Shown here in pieces: positions 60,976-64,000 of a DNA stretch of 64,000 nt. The stretch lies in assembly GCA_963843375.1 (NCBI GenBank), contig CAWJKT010000004.1:288001-352000 (forward strand), written 5' to 3'. The translations under genes were made by a program, and so were the position numbers. How positions within the stretch are numbered: the stretch's first letter is position 1; each line of letters begins with the position of its first letter. Under the pieces are notes generated by a model. That model saw only the letters and a list, made by a program, of their open reading frames with translations, ran no database searches and was not told where the DNA came from. This stretch comes from an uncultured Pseudomonadota bacterium (GTDB lineage: Bacteria; Oederibacteriota; Muellerivitia; Muellerivitales; Muellerivitaceae).

Positions 60976-61446
60976 TCAAGCCGGCGTGGCCGCCATCATG
61001 GCTTTCATGCGTCTATCCAACTCATCGGGCGCCACGTCCTCGATATGGGTTCCCAAGTGCCAATGGTGGCCAAAGGGATCCTCCAGGCCGCCCATCCGGT
61101 CGCCATAGGGCTGGTCCTTCAGGGGCCGGGTCACCTTCGCGCCTGCTTGCACGGCTTGGTCAAACATCTTGTCCACGTGCTCGACGTAAAGCACGATACC
61201 CGCAGGGGAACCGCCCAGGGACTTGGGGCTTTTGTTTCCCATCATTGGGGACTCGTCCGCCAGCATGATGCGGGAATCACCAATCTGGATCTCAGCGTGG
61301 CCCACTTTGCCATCGGTCCCGGCCAAACGGTAAATCTCCTTGGCCCCGAATGCTTTCTTGTAAAACTCGATCGCGTCGGTGGCTCCGCTGATGGTCAAAT
61401 AGGGTGTCACGCTGTGGTAACCTTCCGGAATAGGTTTCACCGACAT
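60976..61446 (-). CDS. VOC/glyoxalase family protein (PhnB-like)
   Basis: MSVKPIPEGYHSVTPYL, HAEI.IGDS.IML.DE, DQ.YGDR.G...DPFGH.W. Confidence 0.92.
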   Translation of the reverse strand: MSVKPIPEGYHSVTPYLTISGATDAIEFYKKAFGAKEIYRLAGTDGKVGHAEIQIGDSRIMLADESPMMGNKSPKSLGGSPAGIVLYVEHVDKMFDQAVQAGAKVTRPLKDQPYGDRMGGLEDPFGHHWHLGTHIEDVAPDELDRRMKAMMAATPA

Positions 61447-61602
61447 AGATGCTCCCTTCGTCTTATCCTGAAAATAAGATCTTAAAATTAAATGATCTTG
61501 AAATCTTTCTACCAAAAACCTGACTGAAAAAGATAGGTCATTGAGTTAAATTTCCCGAAAATTTTACGGGGTTTGGGTAAACGTGGTATCTAACTTCACC
61601 GA

Positions 61603-62298
61603 TTAGGACTTGCGGACGGCATAAGGGCGGGCGTTCATTTGAAACCGGACTCCGTTCTCTCTCGCGGCCGCCCGGAAGCGCCAATTCCCAAAAAAGCGGT
61701 AAAGCCAGGCGGGGATGAAAGGCTTTCGGATTTCCTCCAACACTAACCCGGGAAGGGGTTCTTTCCAGACGCCGGCCAGGCAAATGGCGGCTGCTTCCAG
61801 GGCCGTCCGGACCCTCAAGGTCCGATGTTGGTCTTTATCCAGATCGCTTCCCGGCTGAACCAAGCCCCCGCCCCCGATAGTTAAACCTCCCAGCCAACGG
61901 AATCCTTCCAGTTCGGCGAACCGTCGTGTTACCGCAACTGCATGGTCGTTTTGCCGGGCTTCGGGGAAGCCGTTGTGAACCACTGTCATGAGGGCTTGTG
62001 TCAGGGTGCCGGGATGGTTTTGGCGATGAAGGGAATAGTCTTCAAGGAACTTCACCATTCCGGAGGGAAGTTGGTCGGCATAGAGCGGAAAAACAAGAAC
62101 GACCGCGGAGGCGTTATCGACCATCCAGTTGAACCTTTTCGTCCTTTCTTCCGACCGAATGGGAGAGGTTACCCAAAGCATATCCGTTTCAACCCCGAAA
62201 TCGGCCAGTTTGAGTGTCAGGAAATCGGCCAGAGTTTGGGAAAGGCTTTCGCGGGCTTTTGGGCTTCCGACGACGAATAAGACTTTTCGGATGTTCAC
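61603..62298 (-). CDS. Flavodoxin-fold NAD(P)H-dependent oxidoreductase
   Basis: VGSPK...S, FPLY.D.LP, NGFPE..QN, W.GGL.IGGG. Confidence 0.75.
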   Translation of the reverse strand: MNIRKVLFVVGSPKARESLSQTLADFLTLKLADFGVETDMLWVTSPIRSEERTKRFNWMVDNASAVVLVFPLYADQLPSGMVKFLEDYSLHRQNHPGTLTQALMTVVHNGFPEARQNDHAVAVTRRFAELEGFRWLGGLTIGGGGLVQPGSDLDKDQHRTLRVRTALEAAAICLAGVWKEPLPGLVLEEIRKPFIPAWLYRFFGNWRFRAAARENGVRFQMNARPYAVRKS

Positions 62299-62876
62299 GT
62301 TTTTGCCCCTTTCGCTTGGGCGGCCAAGAGTTCCATGCGGGCGTGAATTTCATCATCGGTCATATCATCATAAATGAAGGCGCAGGCCTTCCGGGAGGAA
62401 TCGAAATTACGAGCATTGGCCGCCACGATTCCCCGGAAAATCTCCTTGTTGGTTTCGTCTTTTTGCGAAAGAAGGCCCACGGCGAAGGTGGAGATGCCGT
62501 GGCCGTAACGAAGGGGATGATGGGTTTCACCGGCGCGGCGGACCATCTTGGGAAGCAGGGAGGGGAGTATGGACCTTTCAACCGCTGTTTTCAGGAGAGA
62601 ACCATAGCCGCCGAAGGAAACAGGGGTAAAGAAAACCATCAGGCCGCATTGTGCCAAGGTTTGAATAAGGATCCGACCATCATCGTCGATATGACAGATG
62701 CCTGGGTGTTCCACCCAGCATTTGAAGCATCCCTGGCAGGGGGCGAGATGAAGGTCTCGCAACTGGAAATAATGGGTGGGGAAGCCAAGGAATTCCAGTT
62801 CCTGCAAGAGCAGGATGGCGGCTTTATCAAGTTGGGAATGTCCTTCGGGCGCGCCGTTGAGGATCAAGGCTTTCAT
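62295..62876 (-). CDS. Flavodoxin-family protein (iron-sulfur flavoprotein-like)
   Basis: ILNG.P, CQGCFKCW...PG.C..DD, TPV.FGGY...LK...R. Confidence 0.8.
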   Translation of the reverse strand: MKALILNGAPEGHSQLDKAAILLLQELEFLGFPTHYFQLRDLHLAPCQGCFKCWVEHPGICHIDDDGRILIQTLAQCGLMVFFTPVSFGGYGSLLKTAVERSILPSLLPKMVRRAGETHHPLRYGHGISTFAVGLLSQKDETNKEIFRGIVAANARNFDSSRKACAFIYDDMTDDEIHARMELLAAQAKGAKT

Positions 62877-63120
62877 AGGTTGCTCCTTGAACCGAGTATA
62901 GATTATGAGGACTTCATTCTTTTATGAGGGAAGTCATAAAATGGGCAGGAAGGAGAAAACCTAATGACCACAAAGGCTTTTAGCTTTAGGCGGTCTTTAA
63001 ATCATACAGCGGGCGAGGCCGGATATTGTTTACCCACTTTTTGATTGAAATGATTCCCTGAATCGAAAGAATAGTCGGGTATTTTCCGGAAGCCTTTATT
63101 TTTACCCAAGAGGTTTGAGT

Positions 63121-64000
63121 ATGAACTGTTCCCTTTTTTTCATTCCCCCGTTATTCCTTTTCTGCGCGGGATCACCCCTTTGGGCCGATTTGCCCGAGAT
63201 GCAACAACCGGGTTCCGAAGTTGACCTTGATCTTGGTAAACCCGTCTCCATCGTTGCCGCCCCCTCTTCAGACGCGGACATCCTTCCCGGCATCAAGGCG
63301 TTTTTGGCGAAAGATTTTAAAACCGCTGGAGATATCCTTTCGAAAGGCGCTGAAGGGGGCAACCCCAAGGCGCAAAACCTCTGGGGCGAGATGAACCAAC
63401 TGGGGATGGGCGTTCCTGTCGACGAAGCCGCTGCCTTGAAATGGTACCAAAAGGCGGCGGACCAGGGATTCGCGCCGGCGGAAAACATGATGGGGAATAT
63501 TTACGCCCAAGGAAAGGGCGTTACTCAGGACTATTCCCAAGCCCTGGCCTGGTACCAAAAAGCCGCGGACCAATCCGATCCTTTCGCCGAAAACAGCCTT
63601 GGCTTGTTGTACCAGGCGGGACGGGGAGTGACTCAAGATTATGCAGAGGCAAAAAAGTGGTTCCTCCAATCCATGAGGCACGGTGATCTCTACGCCGAGG
63701 CCAACCTCGCCGGTCTTTACGAGTATGCATGGGGGGTAAAGAAGGATTACGTCCTAGCCCTCAAGCTCTATCACGAGGCGGCGGAACATGGAAATCCCAT
63801 GGCCGAGGACAATCTTGGAGAAATGATCCATTACGGGGAAGGGGTTCCGAAAGACGACAAGGCGGCTTTGGTTTGGTATCAAAAAGCCGAGGCCAAGGGC
63901 TGGATCAACGCTTGGAACCACATGGGAGTCATGTACATGAACGGTTACGGCGTGCCGAAGAATTACCCCAAAGCCCTGGATTATTTCCAGAGGGCCGCCG
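63121..64000 (+). CDS. Secreted Sel1-like repeat protein (3' end outside window)
   Basis: Open frame from ATG 63121 to the window end; signal peptide; repeated A...LG..Y..G.GV..D...A..WY.KAA.QG. Confidence 0.9.
   Translation, partial: MNCSLFFIPPLFLFCAGSPLWADLPEMQQPGSEVDLDLGKPVSIVAAPSSDADILPGIKAFLAKDFKTAGDILSKGAEGGNPKAQNLWGEMNQLGMGVPVDEAAALKWYQKAADQGFAPAENMMGNIYAQGKGVTQDYSQALAWYQKAADQSDPFAENSLGLLYQAGRGVTQDYAEAKKWFLQSMRHGDLYAEANLAGLYEYAWGVKKDYVLALKLYHEAAEHGNPMAEDNLGEMIHYGEGVPKDDKAALVWYQKAEAKGWINAWNHMGVMYMNGYGVPKNYPKALDYFQRAA

Noticed and set aside
1..64000. Prophage, IS, integron, tRNA or rRNA
   Set aside because: No integrase, transposase or phage genes, and no tRNA/rRNA signatures were recognised by eye.

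Overview
A 64-kb stretch of bacterial chromosome with no rRNA, tRNA, CRISPR array or recognisable mobile element. 1-10.0 kb holds the 3' part of a complex I operon (nuoF-N). 15-23.3 kb is a redox/TCA module: 2-oxoacid:ferredoxin oxidoreductase alpha/beta, a four-cluster ferredoxin, a TrxB-like ferredoxin-NADP reductase, and a mycobacterial-Sdh1-type succinate dehydrogenase. The rest is mixed accessory genes: transporters (PiT, CstA, KimA-like APC, EamA, MarC), a BrnT/BrnA toxin-antitoxin pair, ArsR-SRPBCC, a desaturase, MsrB, Ohr and a Sel1 protein. The most distinctive signal is a dispersed family of secreted proteins with different, often Cys-rich head domains on Thr/Pro mucin-like stalks, all ending in a FlgD-Ig/T9SS-CTD-like domain. 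The largest is 1608 aa and lies behind a PocR/AraC regulator. Several unexplained structured non-coding elements are candidate ncRNAs (37.7, 40.3-40.5, 59.4 and 60.7 kb). Single-base frameshifts in otherwise intact genes (nuoH, nuoI, sdhC/A/B, cstA) look like long-read consensus errors. Taxonomy cannot be determined here. All family calls come from motif recognition by eye, not database searches.
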